Shown one piece after another: positions 1 to 10,756 of a stretch of DNA of 64,000 nt. Source of the stretch: Methanobacteriota archaeon. GTDB taxonomy: Archaea; Halobacteriota; Bog-38; Methanoflorentales; Methanoflorentaceae. The notes below the pieces were generated by a model. The model was given only the letters and a program-made list of their open reading frames with translations. It was not told the DNA's origin and searched no databases. Position numbers and translations under genes: made by a program. Positions within the stretch are counted from its first letter, which is position 1; the number at the start of each line of letters is the position of its first letter. Location of the stretch: contig CAVRAO010000002.1 in NCBI GenBank assembly GCA_963719035.1, positions 32,001-96,000 on the forward strand, in the 5' to 3' direction.

Positions 1-1111
1 GCTCGTTTGGAGCGTTTTTGCTTTTGCAATTACCGTTGTGCAGACACGTTTTACGTTTCTCTTGTCGGCAAATGTCGCAATCCTTTCCGGGTTCATGATA
101 GTGTGGATTATGGACACTCTGGTCAGCAAGGCGTATGGAGTGTTATTCAACGTCCGCGATGTCGGGGCGCTCCGACACCTTTTCGGGCGTGAAATAAAAT
201 ATACACAACTCATTGGCGTTTTTCTTATTGTGTTAGTCTTGCTCTTGCCAAGCATTAATGTGACCACAGCTTATGCAAAGAGCTCACAAGAGATATCGCC
301 CGATTGGAAGGATTCACTGCTGTGGATGAGGGATAACACGACGCAAACATCGAACTTCAATGTGAGCTCTGACCAAATACCAGAATATGGCGTGCTTAGT
401 TGGTGGGATTACGGTAACTGGATCATTTGGTTTGGTCATAGGCCTGCTGTTGCGAACAACTTCCAAACCGGCGTCAGCGATGCTGCGCAGTTCTTCACGA
501 GCCAAAATGAGTCCGACACCGTCAGCATCGTCCAGAACCGCAACGTTAAGTACGTTATGACAGACTATGAAATCGCAGACTATAACGGCAAGTTTCAGGC
601 TATCGCGTTACTCTCGGGGAAAGGAATTGATCCATTTATAACAACGCAACAATATTACACACAGAGTGGAACGATAGAGCAACAGCCTGCCCCAACAAAC
701 GCTTATCACAACACAACGGTCGTTCGGTTACACTATTATGATGGGAACGGCTATAGTCACTATCGCTTGGTTCACGAATCCAACTCGTCCGTCGGTACGC
801 TCGGTGGAACGGAAATCAAGTATGTGAAGACATTTGAGTACGTCAACGGCACAAAAATTAAGGTTACTGGTAACGGAAATACAACGCTATCGCTGAACGT
901 TACAACAAATCAAAATAGGACCTTCAACTATACACAGAGCGCTTTCGTAAACGGTACTCACACGTTTATAGTGCCTTACTCGACAAACTGGACGTCCAAC
1001 GGCATGCAAACAGGCAATGCGTACAACGTAACCGTCGGAAACTCGACGAAATCGATTGCTGTAAGCGAAAGTGACGTTACTAGTGGAAAAGAGTTGAGCC
1101 TGAGTTTTTGA
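1..1111 (+). CDS. aglB: Oligosaccharyltransferase AglB/STT3, C-terminal part (5' truncated by window)
   Basis: WWDYG motif, ANNFQ, YVMTD, TM helices followed by a beta-rich C-terminal domain. Confidence 0.93.
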   Translation, partial: LVWSVFAFAITVVQTRFTFLLSANVAILSGFMIVWIMDTLVSKAYGVLFNVRDVGALRHLFGREIKYTQLIGVFLIVLVLLLPSINVTTAYAKSSQEISPDWKDSLLWMRDNTTQTSNFNVSSDQIPEYGVLSWWDYGNWIIWFGHRPAVANNFQTGVSDAAQFFTSQNESDTVSIVQNRNVKYVMTDYEIADYNGKFQAIALLSGKGIDPFITTQQYYTQSGTIEQQPAPTNAYHNTTVVRLHYYDGNGYSHYRLVHESNSSVGTLGGTEIKYVKTFEYVNGTKIKVTGNGNTTLSLNVTTNQNRTFNYTQSAFVNGTHTFIVPYSTNWTSNGMQTGNAYNVTVGNSTKSIAVSESDVTSGKELSLSF

Positions 1112-1204
1112 AACAAGCTACATCGCTCTAACCGGTCCTTCGGGATAGTTCGTCGCGTGATCAGCTCTTCCAAACAACTCCAATTTTTGAGAACATTGCC
1201 GCCC

Positions 1205-4111
1205 CTATTCAACGTATCGGATAGCCTCCGCGGGTGAAATTTTTGAGGCGTTTCTCACCGGAATTATCGTACATATCATGGCAGCTAAATAAACTGCCGT
1301 AAAAACTAGGGCAAGCTGAGCTATCGGTATAGTAAATGGCGCTTTCACGGATTGATTCAAGCTAAGGTAGATAGCGCCGGAGACGGCGAGTCCCGTCGCT
1401 AGCCCAACGAGCACGGCTAGGGTGATTGCTAAGAGTACTTCGAGTATGAGCGTCTTTTCCACGCGTCTTCGGGTAAAACCAATGGCCCGCATTATACCGA
1501 TTTCTTGGCGCCGTTCAATTGCTGACCGCGATGTGATAACGCCGACTGACGCCATTCCAATGATTAGTCCGAGGCCGAGACAGGTCGCTGTGAGCTGAAA
1601 CAGAAACTGGGTCTGTCTCATCGTTTGCAGAAGCTCATCACGTATCAGGTATGCGTTAATGCCCGCTATTTTGTAGCCCTTTTTGAGGTCATAGCTCAGG
1701 TCAATAGGTTTCATGCCGCTCTCCGACTTGATGAGAAACAAAGTGTCGCCCGTAATGGCGGGAAAATACTGCAGCATTTGTTGCTTACTCATGAATATCC
1801 CGTGGAGGTAGACTTCATCCAAAACGCCCGCGACGACCTTTCGCGTTGTTCCGTTTGCCGTCGCTACTGAAACGACGTCGCCCGCCTTTACTTGAGTGTC
1901 ATTGGCGCCGTAGAAGTAATTCGAATCGACAACGACATAACGCGGATTGTCCAGAGCGTTCCAAACGTCTTGAGACGAATTGAAGCCCGTCAAAGTGTCT
2001 TGGAAGCTATACTGCGAGTGCTTGGAGAAATTCGCATCAACTCCGTAGATCGTGCCTTCCCCAGATCCTTGGTTGTTCAGTTGCTGATCATTGATCGTCA
2101 TCCCGGTGACGTTCGTCGTGAAAAGTCCGTCATAGTAGCTGATTTCTGACTCGTTCAACAATGCAACCGGCGCCGTGCCTGACTGACCTGGCGTGAGTGA
2201 CTGTACTTGCAACATCGTCAAGTTTGCCAAAGGCGTTGTTGTCGTCACCCGAATGTCATATCCGCCTGTCTGCTTTTCGATATCTGGATTATATACAGCT
2301 GCCGTCACCGAAGTGAGGACGACAAGGAAGATGACAAGGGATACTATGATGACCGTCATTCTGAACTGTGATCGTTTTTGCAGACTGTAGGTGATGGCTA
2401 GCTTCAGCGAAGATTGAACGCCTGCAAATCTTCCCAACAACTTGGCGACTCCGTCCAGCCAGATGCTAGCGTTTGCCAGCACCACTAAAAGAGTCCCAAT
2501 CAAAAAAAGGGCCCCTAGAGCAGCAAAAACAAGCGTCGACGTAACATCGCCAAAATTAGCAGGGTTAGCTACAGCATTGTAGGCCGTATAGGTTATGAGA
2601 AGCGCTCCCGATATCGTCAGAGCCAACCGACGAGTGGCTACTTGCTGAACGATAAAAGCGAGGCCAGCTATAGCCAAAATCGGGGCTACAACGTGGACAA
2701 CAAGGGTGTCCTTCAACGTCGCATATGCTGCTAGACCACACGCCACCAGTGCAATCCCGAGTAGAACAGTGCCGATCGGCCTCTGCGACTTGTTAAGGGA
2801 TTGCTCAGTATTGTGAATCGCTCCTGCGATGCTTAGCCGGCTGATTTTTGAAGCAGACAGCGTTATGGTTAACATAGCTATGAGCGCGCTCACAAGAAAG
2901 GCAGCAACCAGATCTAAGAAATCGTAGTGCAGAGTGAGGGACGTTCCCACTAGATTCTCTCCATTAAATGCCACGTTGAGCACACTGAGTATACTAGCTC
3001 CGATGCCCACGCCTAGGACAGAGCCTATTGCCGCGCCGAACAACGCGGCAATTGTCCCCTCAAAGAAAAACAGCAGCACGAGATGCCTTCGCTTCATGCC
3101 TATTGCGCGGGCCAACCCCAGCTCGCTTTTACGTTCTTCGCCAAGAGTGACAAAGACGTTGACGATGAGGGTGCTGCTTGCTGCTACCGAGAGAACCGCA
3201 AGCACCATTAATAAGTTTGAGAAGAGGGCCCCTTCTTGTTGAGAAACGGTCAACGTATCCTGCTTGATTGCCTTAACGTCAAATCGCTCCGGCGAATCTG
3301 ACAAAGCTTTGGCCACGAGCTCTGACACATCGTTCGATTTTGCTACCCCTGATTCGGCAGTGCCTAGGTTTGATATTCTTATTTCGTTGATTTGGCCTTC
3401 GTTTTGAAAGACGACTTGAGCGGCGTCGAGCGTCACAAAGATATTTTTGTTTAATCCGTACAGGGCCTTTCCTTCATCTTTCGCAACGTGCTTCACAACG
3501 AACGTATAAGCCTTGTAGGAGGACTCATTTCCACCATAATAGATTGTCAGTTTGTCGCCTTCGTGCGCATTTAGGTCCTGAGCGAGTTTGTTGTTGATCA
3601 GCGCCTCTCCTCCGCGCAAGTCGCTCGCATTAGTTTGTGTGTTGTTAAGCAGCGAGAACTCCCCAAATTGGGTATCAGAGCTGAAGTTCAAACCGACCAG
3701 CGTTACTTGTGTCGAGGTGATTCCAGTAGTCACATCATCTACTGACGGCACCTGCCCGTACAGGCTTGCAGACAGGCCCTTTGTGTTATTAGCAATATCG
3801 GGGTTCGCAGCAAGCTTTTCGTAAACGGAAACGTTAAAGGGTTGACCGTTCAATGTGACAATTTCGTCAACGTTGCCGAGAGCATCGTACGTGGCCCTTA
3901 CTACCGCATAATTGAGGCTATTGCTTGCGACCAACGAGCCCGATATGATTGCAGTGCTTATGAGTAGCGCGGCGAAAACTATTGCTGCGCTTTTCGGACG
4001 TCGCGTAAGGTTTCTCACGCCGACTTTGAACATTGTCTTGTTTTTAATTGCCAGCAGCATCACTAATAGTAGGAGAGCAACGACCATAACGAAGGCAAGT
4101 TCTGAGTACAT
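1205..4111 (-). CDS. FtsX/MacB-like ABC transporter permease (duplicated domains)
   Basis: Two FtsX motifs (ERKSELGLARAIG, ERRQEIGIMRAIG), many TM helices, ends with ISPAEAIRY. Confidence 0.9.
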   Translation of the reverse strand: MYSELAFVMVVALLLLVMLLAIKNKTMFKVGVRNLTRRPKSAAIVFAALLISTAIISGSLVASNSLNYAVVRATYDALGNVDEIVTLNGQPFNVSVYEKLAANPDIANNTKGLSASLYGQVPSVDDVTTGITSTQVTLVGLNFSSDTQFGEFSLLNNTQTNASDLRGGEALINNKLAQDLNAHEGDKLTIYYGGNESSYKAYTFVVKHVAKDEGKALYGLNKNIFVTLDAAQVVFQNEGQINEIRISNLGTAESGVAKSNDVSELVAKALSDSPERFDVKAIKQDTLTVSQQEGALFSNLLMVLAVLSVAASSTLIVNVFVTLGEERKSELGLARAIGMKRRHLVLLFFFEGTIAALFGAAIGSVLGVGIGASILSVLNVAFNGENLVGTSLTLHYDFLDLVAAFLVSALIAMLTITLSASKISRLSIAGAIHNTEQSLNKSQRPIGTVLLGIALVACGLAAYATLKDTLVVHVVAPILAIAGLAFIVQQVATRRLALTISGALLITYTAYNAVANPANFGDVTSTLVFAALGALFLIGTLLVVLANASIWLDGVAKLLGRFAGVQSSLKLAITYSLQKRSQFRMTVIIVSLVIFLVVLTSVTAAVYNPDIEKQTGGYDIRVTTTTPLANLTMLQVQSLTPGQSGTAPVALLNESEISYYDGLFTTNVTGMTINDQQLNNQGSGEGTIYGVDANFSKHSQYSFQDTLTGFNSSQDVWNALDNPRYVVVDSNYFYGANDTQVKAGDVVSVATANGTTRKVVAGVLDEVYLHGIFMSKQQMLQYFPAITGDTLFLIKSESGMKPIDLSYDLKKGYKIAGINAYLIRDELLQTMRQTQFLFQLTATCLGLGLIIGMASVGVITSRSAIERRQEIGIMRAIGFTRRRVEKTLILEVLLAITLAVLVGLATGLAVSGAIYLSLNQSVKAPFTIPIAQLALVFTAVYLAAMICTIIPVRNASKISPAEAIRYVE

Positions 4112-4140
4112 CTCGATTCCTAAATCTGAAGCTCGGGCAG

Positions 4141-4833
4141 CTAAATCGACGTCGCAGCGGATTCGGAGAGGATAGCCCCGTCTTTCATGGTGATTAACCG
4201 GTCGGCAGTCTTTGCAACGGACGGATCGTGAGTCACAATGACAAATGTCTGTCGATTGGTCGTATTAAGTCGTTTAAGGAGCGTAGTGATCTGATCGGCG
4301 CCCGTTGAATCTAAGTTGCCCGTTGGTTCATCAGCCCAAATGATCGCTGGACGATTGATGAGCGCCCGGGCGATCGCTACTTGCTGTTGTTGACCGCCGC
4401 TCAGTTCAGACGGCTTATGGTTTTCCCACTCGCTAAGTTCAACGTTTGCGAGCATCTCCAACGCTTGGACACGTGCCTCTTTCTCGCTTTTGCCTGCAAT
4501 CAAGAGTGGCAGCTCAACATTCTCAACTGCCGTCAGTACAGGGAGCAGATTAAACGCTTGGAAAACAAATCCCATCCTAGTTGCGCGGTATTCTGATAGC
4601 TCATTATCGTTCATCTGGGCGAGAGGGATCCCTTCAATTTTTACGACACCTGAGGTTGGATCATCGAGTCCTGACAGACAGTTAAGTAGGGTTGTCTTTC
4701 CGCAACCACTGGGGCCCATAATCGCCACCATATCACCCTTTTCAATTATGAGGTTGATATTTCTGAGCGCGTGGACTTTTATCCCATTCAACTCGTATAT
4801 CTTATGCACACTTTGGGCTTCTACCATTAGCAT
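4141..4833 (-). CDS. ABC transporter ATP-binding protein (LolD/SalX type)
   Basis: GPSGCGKTT Walker [21 protein letters not shown]. Confidence 0.95.
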   Translation of the reverse strand: MLMVEAQSVHKIYELNGIKVHALRNINLIIEKGDMVAIMGPSGCGKTTLLNCLSGLDDPTSGVVKIEGIPLAQMNDNELSEYRATRMGFVFQAFNLLPVLTAVENVELPLLIAGKSEKEARVQALEMLANVELSEWENHKPSELSGGQQQQVAIARALINRPAIIWADEPTGNLDSTGADQITTLLKRLNTTNRQTFVIVTHDPSVAKTADRLITMKDGAILSESAATSI

Positions 4834-5059
4834 GGTGGACTCCGTTTTTCCATCCGCTGGTTTTGAGCGGTGTTTATAATATCATCATAAGCTAGGTACT
4901 ATTGCACTTTAGGCATACACAGTGCTTTTTTTGCACACTTTATCGATAGGTAATTGATTAAATGCTTTATTTAGAGCTACCGGCAAACGTCTGTAACCTA
5001 TAAATATTATCGAATTATACCCCGAAGTAAGTCCCCGAAGAAACTAAACAGGCTACACG

Positions 5060-5653
5060 ATGAAAACCGCAAAGAACTTCTGCGTACCGTTCACTGAAGA
5101 ACGTTGGAGCAATTGGCTAGAGTGCGCAAAGCAAAGCGACTACAAAAATATGGACGAGACAGCAACAAAAGTCTTCATAGAGATGGAAGAAGACGTTATT
5201 ATCGCGTGCTGCAAGATTGTTAAAGGTTTTGAAATAGGCAAACTCACGCGGGAAGAATCTTTAGATGGTTTGCACGCCATCGAGACGATGACGGAGAAAA
5301 AAGCCAACACCGGTGACGGGGAGCTAGACGACCTAATCGGGCTCATCCAGGCTTCTCTAGTTGGGGCTTTTGTATCATTTGAAAGCTATGTAAAGGAGTC
5401 TTTTGCTGACAAACCTCCAATGGATGAGTTGATCAGAGAAGCGCTCGAACAAGAAAAAAAGGAGAATTTTGACTTGGCCCTAGCGATAGTCGGGAAAATA
5501 GGCGCGCGAGTGATCGCTGGAGAGACGCTTCACCAAGAAACCATTACGGAGTTGGAAGACAGTTACGTTGCCGAGTGGCTCGATGGGGTCGATTCGATTT
5601 CGGCTGCTATTGTGAGCTTGGTAGTGTACGATACCGGTGAGGAAACGACGTAG
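5060..5653 (+). CDS. DUF2150-family conserved archaeal protein
   Basis: FTEERWSNW N-terminus and VAEWLDGVDSI C-terminus. Confidence 0.75.
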   Translation: MKTAKNFCVPFTEERWSNWLECAKQSDYKNMDETATKVFIEMEEDVIIACCKIVKGFEIGKLTREESLDGLHAIETMTEKKANTGDGELDDLIGLIQASLVGAFVSFESYVKESFADKPPMDELIREALEQEKKENFDLALAIVGKIGARVIAGETLHQETITELEDSYVAEWLDGVDSISAAIVSLVVYDTGEETT

Positions 5654-5670
5654 GCGGCTTTTTAAGGCGT

Positions 5671-6837
5671 TTACGGGACTGATGGTAAGCTTTGTGGCGG
5701 AACCACCGATTTGAGCAATATTTCTGTTTTGCGCGCAACTGACTCCCATTGCCAGTATCGCTTAACAAGCGCAATACCTTGCGACTGTTTCATCGATATC
5801 TCTGTGGCTGACAGGTTTAAAAGCTCAGTCACGACCGATTTAATTTCGATGCTATCGCCAACATCGAAGAACTGAATCGTGCCCGAATCTCGGTCGACAA
5901 ACCTATGGGCCCCGATGTCGCTCGCGGCTACTAAGCAGCCTGATGCGAGACCTTCGAGAAGCGTTATCCCAAATCCCTCTACTGATGAAGCTGACACGAG
6001 GACTTTTGATCTTGCCAGAAGAGCCTTTTTGTCTGATTCTGATATCGCTCCCGCAAAAGAAATGTTCTTACCTCCATAATCCTTCTCAATTTTGCTTCGG
6101 AGTTTCCCGTCGCCTATGATGCGCGTGCGAATGCTCGAGTCAAACAAAGCGCCACACAAAATATCTACGTTCTTGTACGGCACATCGAGTCGGGCGATGC
6201 AAATGACGTCAATGTCTTTAACCCCAGTTCGATATTCATTCAGGTCGATTCCACATCCAGTCAACCTGATTTTGTGTCGTGGAACCCAATACTGCAACGT
6301 GTCTGAGCTTGCCTTTGAGATCGTTATCACGAGGGGGCAGGTCGAAGCGTAGTATAAACATACTCTTTCTAGAAGACTCCCTTGAATTCCCCTCGCCAAG
6401 CTGCCATTCTGCAAATCTCGCCACGCCGCTATCCCATTAGCTAAAGGCAAAGGTTGATAAATGTCGTAAACAAGTGGCACGACAGGCTTCTTAACGCGGC
6501 TTAGCAACGTCGACAACACCGGCACAAATGTTTGGGGTACAATAACGTCATACTTAGGCGAAAGTCGCCTCAATGCCCTAGATAATCGTATAGCATATCG
6601 CAGGTTTTCAGGACGCTGTGCGACGGTTTTTCCGTTATAGACGTTCTGTACGTCAAATGGGAAGAGACCCGCAGGATAAGAGGACTTAGGTATTTCTGAC
6701 GTAAGCACGGTTACGCGGTTGTTATTTGAAAGCTCACGAGCCAGTGCATAGGTGTTAATCTCACCCCCACCTTGAATTTGAAGTTCACCAGCCTCATCGC
6801 AGAAAGGAAAAAGCTCAGCAGCGAACAGAATCTTCAA
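5671..6837 (-). CDS. GT4 family glycosyltransferase
   Basis: GGGE N-terminal motif; EGFGITLLEGLASG. Confidence 0.9.
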   Translation of the reverse strand: MKILFAAELFPFCDEAGELQIQGGGEINTYALARELSNNNRVTVLTSEIPKSSYPAGLFPFDVQNVYNGKTVAQRPENLRYAIRLSRALRRLSPKYDVIVPQTFVPVLSTLLSRVKKPVVPLVYDIYQPLPLANGIAAWRDLQNGSLARGIQGSLLERVCLYYASTCPLVITISKASSDTLQYWVPRHKIRLTGCGIDLNEYRTGVKDIDVICIARLDVPYKNVDILCGALFDSSIRTRIIGDGKLRSKIEKDYGGKNISFAGAISESDKKALLARSKVLVSASSVEGFGITLLEGLASGCLVAASDIGAHRFVDRDSGTIQFFDVGDSIEIKSVVTELLNLSATEISMKQSQGIALVKRYWQWESVARKTEILLKSVVPPQSLPSVP

Positions 6838-6973
6838 TTTATTGCCTCCGAGGGTTTCTATAGCAAAACCTTGAGTGTATTCCGTGAGTAATTAGAAGAC
6901 AACATAACTTTAAAAAGGTTATTAAGAGCCTCATGGATTAAAATAATAGACTCGCAACGAGAAATTCCGTGCA

Positions 6974-8053
6974 TTAAGTCACTGAGCGATAGACATCGTA
7001 TAATGTTTTGCACAAGGTGTTCCAATCAAAAGACGCCGCGCTCGCTTTTGCGGCTCGGTGCATTTGCTGTTTATCAATTGCAGACAGCGCTGATCGGATC
7101 TCGCCAATGGTTGGGGCTACTAGAAAACCATTCTCTCCCGGCGTGATTAGTGCCCTCGCCGCATTTTGCTGAACGTTGCTGGTGATGACGGGCGTACCGC
7201 ACGCGAGCGCTTCAAGGGCAACGATGCCGAAACCCTCACGAGAGGATGGCAGAACTAGTGAATTTGCAGCCTTCATTACGCTAATGAGGTCTGTGTAGGA
7301 CAAAGTGCGGACGAACCGCACTGTCGCGTTGACCTCTTTTGCTAGCTGCACGAGGTTCTCTCTTTCAGGACCGTCGCCGATGATACATAATGTAGCATCA
7401 GTGGGGAGAGCACGTATAAGTAGATCGACGTTTTTTTCACGAATTAGCCTTCCGACAAAAAGCGTATCAGCTGAAATCTCAGCAGGTGCGACTGAGTCTA
7501 TAAAGGCGAGATCTACACCATTTGGCACCAATACAGTATCTTTCTTAACTCGAACAAGATCTTCTTTGGTGACTTCAGAAACGGCTATAACTTTATCAGC
7601 TACCCTTAACGCAGCTTTCTCTGTGAGCTTGCCAAGCAATCCTATTTTGCCCAAGTATTCGTTCCAATAGTCGCCCCAGAACTCGTGCCACGTTATCACC
7701 AACGGAATACCTTTTAATCGAGAGATCAGCTTCGACGGAAAGCAGTGCAAATATGGAAATTGATTACAGTCAATAATGTCAAGATCATAAGTAGATAGAG
7801 GGCTTAGACTACCTGCAAAGCGCACTGCCTCTTGAAAAGATCTTCTCTCTCCGGCATACAGGCTGAGCGGCTTGCAGATGCCGTGTAAGTGTAATCCATC
7901 TAAATCGATATCCTTGTTACCGTCCCACCACTTTATGCCAAAAACGTGGACCTCGTCGTGAGCAGCAAGACGCCTCCCCAATTCGTAGATGCGCTTCTCA
8001 GCCCCTCCTATAACAAAAGGGTAGACAACGTCAGATACGTAAGCAATATTCAT
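6974..8053 (-). CDS. GT4 family glycosyltransferase
   Basis: GGAEKR; REGFGIVALEALACG. Confidence 0.92.
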   Translation of the reverse strand: MNIAYVSDVVYPFVIGGAEKRIYELGRRLAAHDEVHVFGIKWWDGNKDIDLDGLHLHGICKPLSLYAGERRSFQEAVRFAGSLSPLSTYDLDIIDCNQFPYLHCFPSKLISRLKGIPLVITWHEFWGDYWNEYLGKIGLLGKLTEKAALRVADKVIAVSEVTKEDLVRVKKDTVLVPNGVDLAFIDSVAPAEISADTLFVGRLIREKNVDLLIRALPTDATLCIIGDGPERENLVQLAKEVNATVRFVRTLSYTDLISVMKAANSLVLPSSREGFGIVALEALACGTPVITSNVQQNAARALITPGENGFLVAPTIGEIRSALSAIDKQQMHRAAKASAASFDWNTLCKTLYDVYRSVT

Positions 8054-8059
8054 CTTAGC

Positions 8060-8938
8060 TTATCTTCGTCGCAGGTTCGTTAGTATTATGTCGGCAAGCA
8101 AACCAAAGAACGTTACCTGCAAGCCAGTCATAATAAGCAGAACAGAAAGGATGGCAGCTGCGAACCGTGTTACAACTCCAGTATTTGTATATTCAATAAC
8201 GACGCTTGCACCGTAATAGAGACCTATGAGGATGAATATGAAACCAATTGGTAAGAAAAATACTATTGGATTGTAGTCCCGCACTAAGCGAACGGTCATA
8301 AATACAATGCTTAGGGCGTCTCTAAACGGATCGAGTTTCGCATCGCCGACTCTTTTTCTGTAGCTAATAGGAACTTCAGTAATTGTTAAACCGATTTTTT
8401 GTGCATCAATTATCATTTCGCTGGCGAATGGCATATGAGGCGATTGCAGCCTCAAATCATCAAGTGCCGAGCGCCGTATTGCACGCATTCCTGACTGAGA
8501 ATCAGTTATTTGGACGTGATACAAGTATCGTATCATCGCAGTGAGCATTTTGTTGCCAAGCGCGTTTCTCTTACTCATCGCTTCTTTGTCCATAAGAGCG
8601 AATCGATTGCCGATAACAAAATCAACACCGTCGTTGATAGGCTGAAGTAGAGCCGGAATATCGTATGGATCGTAAGTGTAATCACCATCTAGGATGACGA
8701 CTACCTCTGAATCTTTTGAAATGTGCTTGAAGCCTGTAATGTACGCATCCCCATAGCCAGTCCCGGTTTGATGGATAACCTTTGCTCCAAGCTCGGCAGC
8801 ACGCATTGGAGTTTCGTCTGTTGATTTATCAACGACGATTACTTCTACATCCTGGCCTTTTAGCGCGTCAAAGACATCATAAAGCACGCTTTCAATAGCC
8901 GGCTCATTTATCGTTGGGATGACGACTGAAATTTTCAT
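8060..8938 (-). CDS. aglJ: GT2 dolichol-phosphate hexosyltransferase (AglJ-like)
   Basis: SVVIPTINE, DGDYTYDP, DSQSGMR, two C-terminal TM helices. Confidence 0.7.
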   Translation of the reverse strand: MKISVVIPTINEPAIESVLYDVFDALKGQDVEVIVVDKSTDETPMRAAELGAKVIHQTGTGYGDAYITGFKHISKDSEVVVILDGDYTYDPYDIPALLQPINDGVDFVIGNRFALMDKEAMSKRNALGNKMLTAMIRYLYHVQITDSQSGMRAIRRSALDDLRLQSPHMPFASEMIIDAQKIGLTITEVPISYRKRVGDAKLDPFRDALSIVFMTVRLVRDYNPIVFFLPIGFIFILIGLYYGASVVIEYTNTGVVTRFAAAILSVLLIMTGLQVTFFGLLADIILTNLRRR

Positions 8939-9150
8939 ATCTTCTTGCTCAATGTTAGCTGCTGTATTGGGTTTAGTCTTCCATTAATACTAAAAAATGT
9001 ATAGTTATCTGTTGTTGTTTGTGGAGACTTGGCGTTATGACTGCCAGTATATTATAAAGTAACACAGTTCAGGTTTTGACTATTGAAATTGAAACGGGGC
9101 GCTTCAGTTGGCATGATTCGTGTTAGGCGTTAAATAGCTAAGAGTAGAAG

Positions 9151-10375
9151 ATGACGTCAGTTTGTGTTGAAACGTATGGTTGTACGTCAAATAAAAGTGA
9201 AAGCGAAGAGCTCATACACCAGCTAGAGGGGTACGGGTTAGTTGACTCCGCAAGCGAAGCTCACGTCGTCGTTCTAAATACATGCATGGTTATAGAGGCC
9301 ACCGAGCGGAAGATCCTCAAGCGGATCGAGCTGCTGTATAGCCAGCGAGGCCATCGAACGCTCATTGTCAGCGGTTGCATGGTGCAGCCGCTCGGTGACC
9401 GGCTGCGTTCTTTGTTTCCAGAATTGCTAGTTATGCAGAACGACCGTGTTGCACCTTACATATTAGCTCATTTTTCCTGTGAGCCTGATACAACGTCAAG
9501 GCGTGAAGTGACCGCGAGAGTGAAGATTGCTCAAGGGTGTCAGGGAAGCTGCAGCTACTGCATCGTGAAGCTTATAAAAGGACCGATCAAAAGTCGAAGC
9601 GTAGAGGCCATCAAAAAGGATGTTGAGCACAGGATTCAGCACGGGGCAAAGCAGATATTCTTGACGGCACAAGATGGAGGAGCATATGGGCTAGACAGCG
9701 GATGCAGACTGCCAGAGCTCATAGAAGTCCTTAGCGAACTTAAATACAACTTTAGACTCCGTATTGGGATGATGAACGTATCTTCAATTCAAGATATTGT
9801 CGAAGATCTATTGAGAGCATTTAAGCATCCGAAAGTGTATAATTTTCTGCACTTGCCAGTGCAGTCTGGTTCTGACAGGGTTTTAGGGCGAATGGAACGA
9901 GGGTATACGGTATCTGATTTTAAGTGCATCGTCGCAAGATTCCGTAGTGCGAATCGAGACATCACCTTATCAACCGACTTCATAGTAGGTTTCCCAACTG
10001 AGACTGCAGAGGATTTTCAAGCGACAATACAACTACTTAAAGAGATCCGCCCTCTTAAGGTAAACATCACACGTTTTTCAACAAGGGAGGGAACCTCTGC
10101 GTGCACTTTGGAGCCTGTGATTGGCAGAGAAGCTAAAGAACGATCGCGAGTGTTAACTGCAGAGCACCACCGCATTGCTCACGAGCAAAACTATCTCAGC
10201 CTTGGGAAGGTCTATAGGGCCCTTGCGGTCGAACGAGGTAAAAACGCGAGCACCGTTCTGTATAATGATAATTATAGGCCAATAGTTGTGGCGCGTAAGC
10301 TGACGCTAGGGTTTCGGGTACTCACTACTCGTAACTAAAGCTACACCAACGTATTTGGTAGGCACGCTTAGCTGA
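9151..10375 (+). CDS. tRNA t6A37 methylthiotransferase (MiaB/MtaB-family radical SAM); +1 frameshift at ~10316-10318 in the TRAM tail
   Basis: ETYGC, CQGSCSYC, HLPVQSGS, DFIVGFP; removing one G restores ...YSLLVTKATPTYLVGTLS* ending at 10375. Confidence 0.88.
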
Positions 10376-10462
10376 TTTTTTTGGGGAAAACAAGCCCGCT
10401 TCACAGCTATTTTTAAAATAAAGCAATAGGATTTTATATCATAACAGTTGTGTATCAGTAAT

Positions 10463-10624
10463 ATGCAACGGCCTCGATATCAGCTAAGGAATTTTGACTG
10501 GGTTACCTTTGCCTTAATTTTTGCCATCGCGTTCATTTTGAGCTGGATCCCGTTCCTTGATCGTCTTCTCGTAGTTGTAGCTATTTCAGCTGTCTTGTAC
10601 ACGTTCGTTAAAAGCATATTCTAG
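10463..10624 (+). CDS. Small 53-aa membrane protein (not in ORF track)
   Basis: ATG..TAG, MQRPRYQLRNFDWVTFALIFAIAFILSWIPFLDRLLVVVAISAVLYTFVKSIF, two hydrophobic segments; TTTATAT ~30 nt upstream. Confidence 0.6.
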   Translation: MQRPRYQLRNFDWVTFALIFAIAFILSWIPFLDRLLVVVAISAVLYTFVKSIF

Positions 10625-10756
10625 CTACATGCTTTCTCTACGGCAAGTAATAGCAGATTGAGGACGTTTTGGCTCAGATTACGGTGTGCCTCGTGAACAG
10701 CACTACGTCATTGCAGGAAAAAGCGAACCATCATCTAGAACATAGGGCGGTTACAT

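Noticed and set aside
5020-5040. CCCCGAAG x2 direct repeat upstream of the DUF2150 gene
   Set aside because: Only 8 bp and two copies; could be chance
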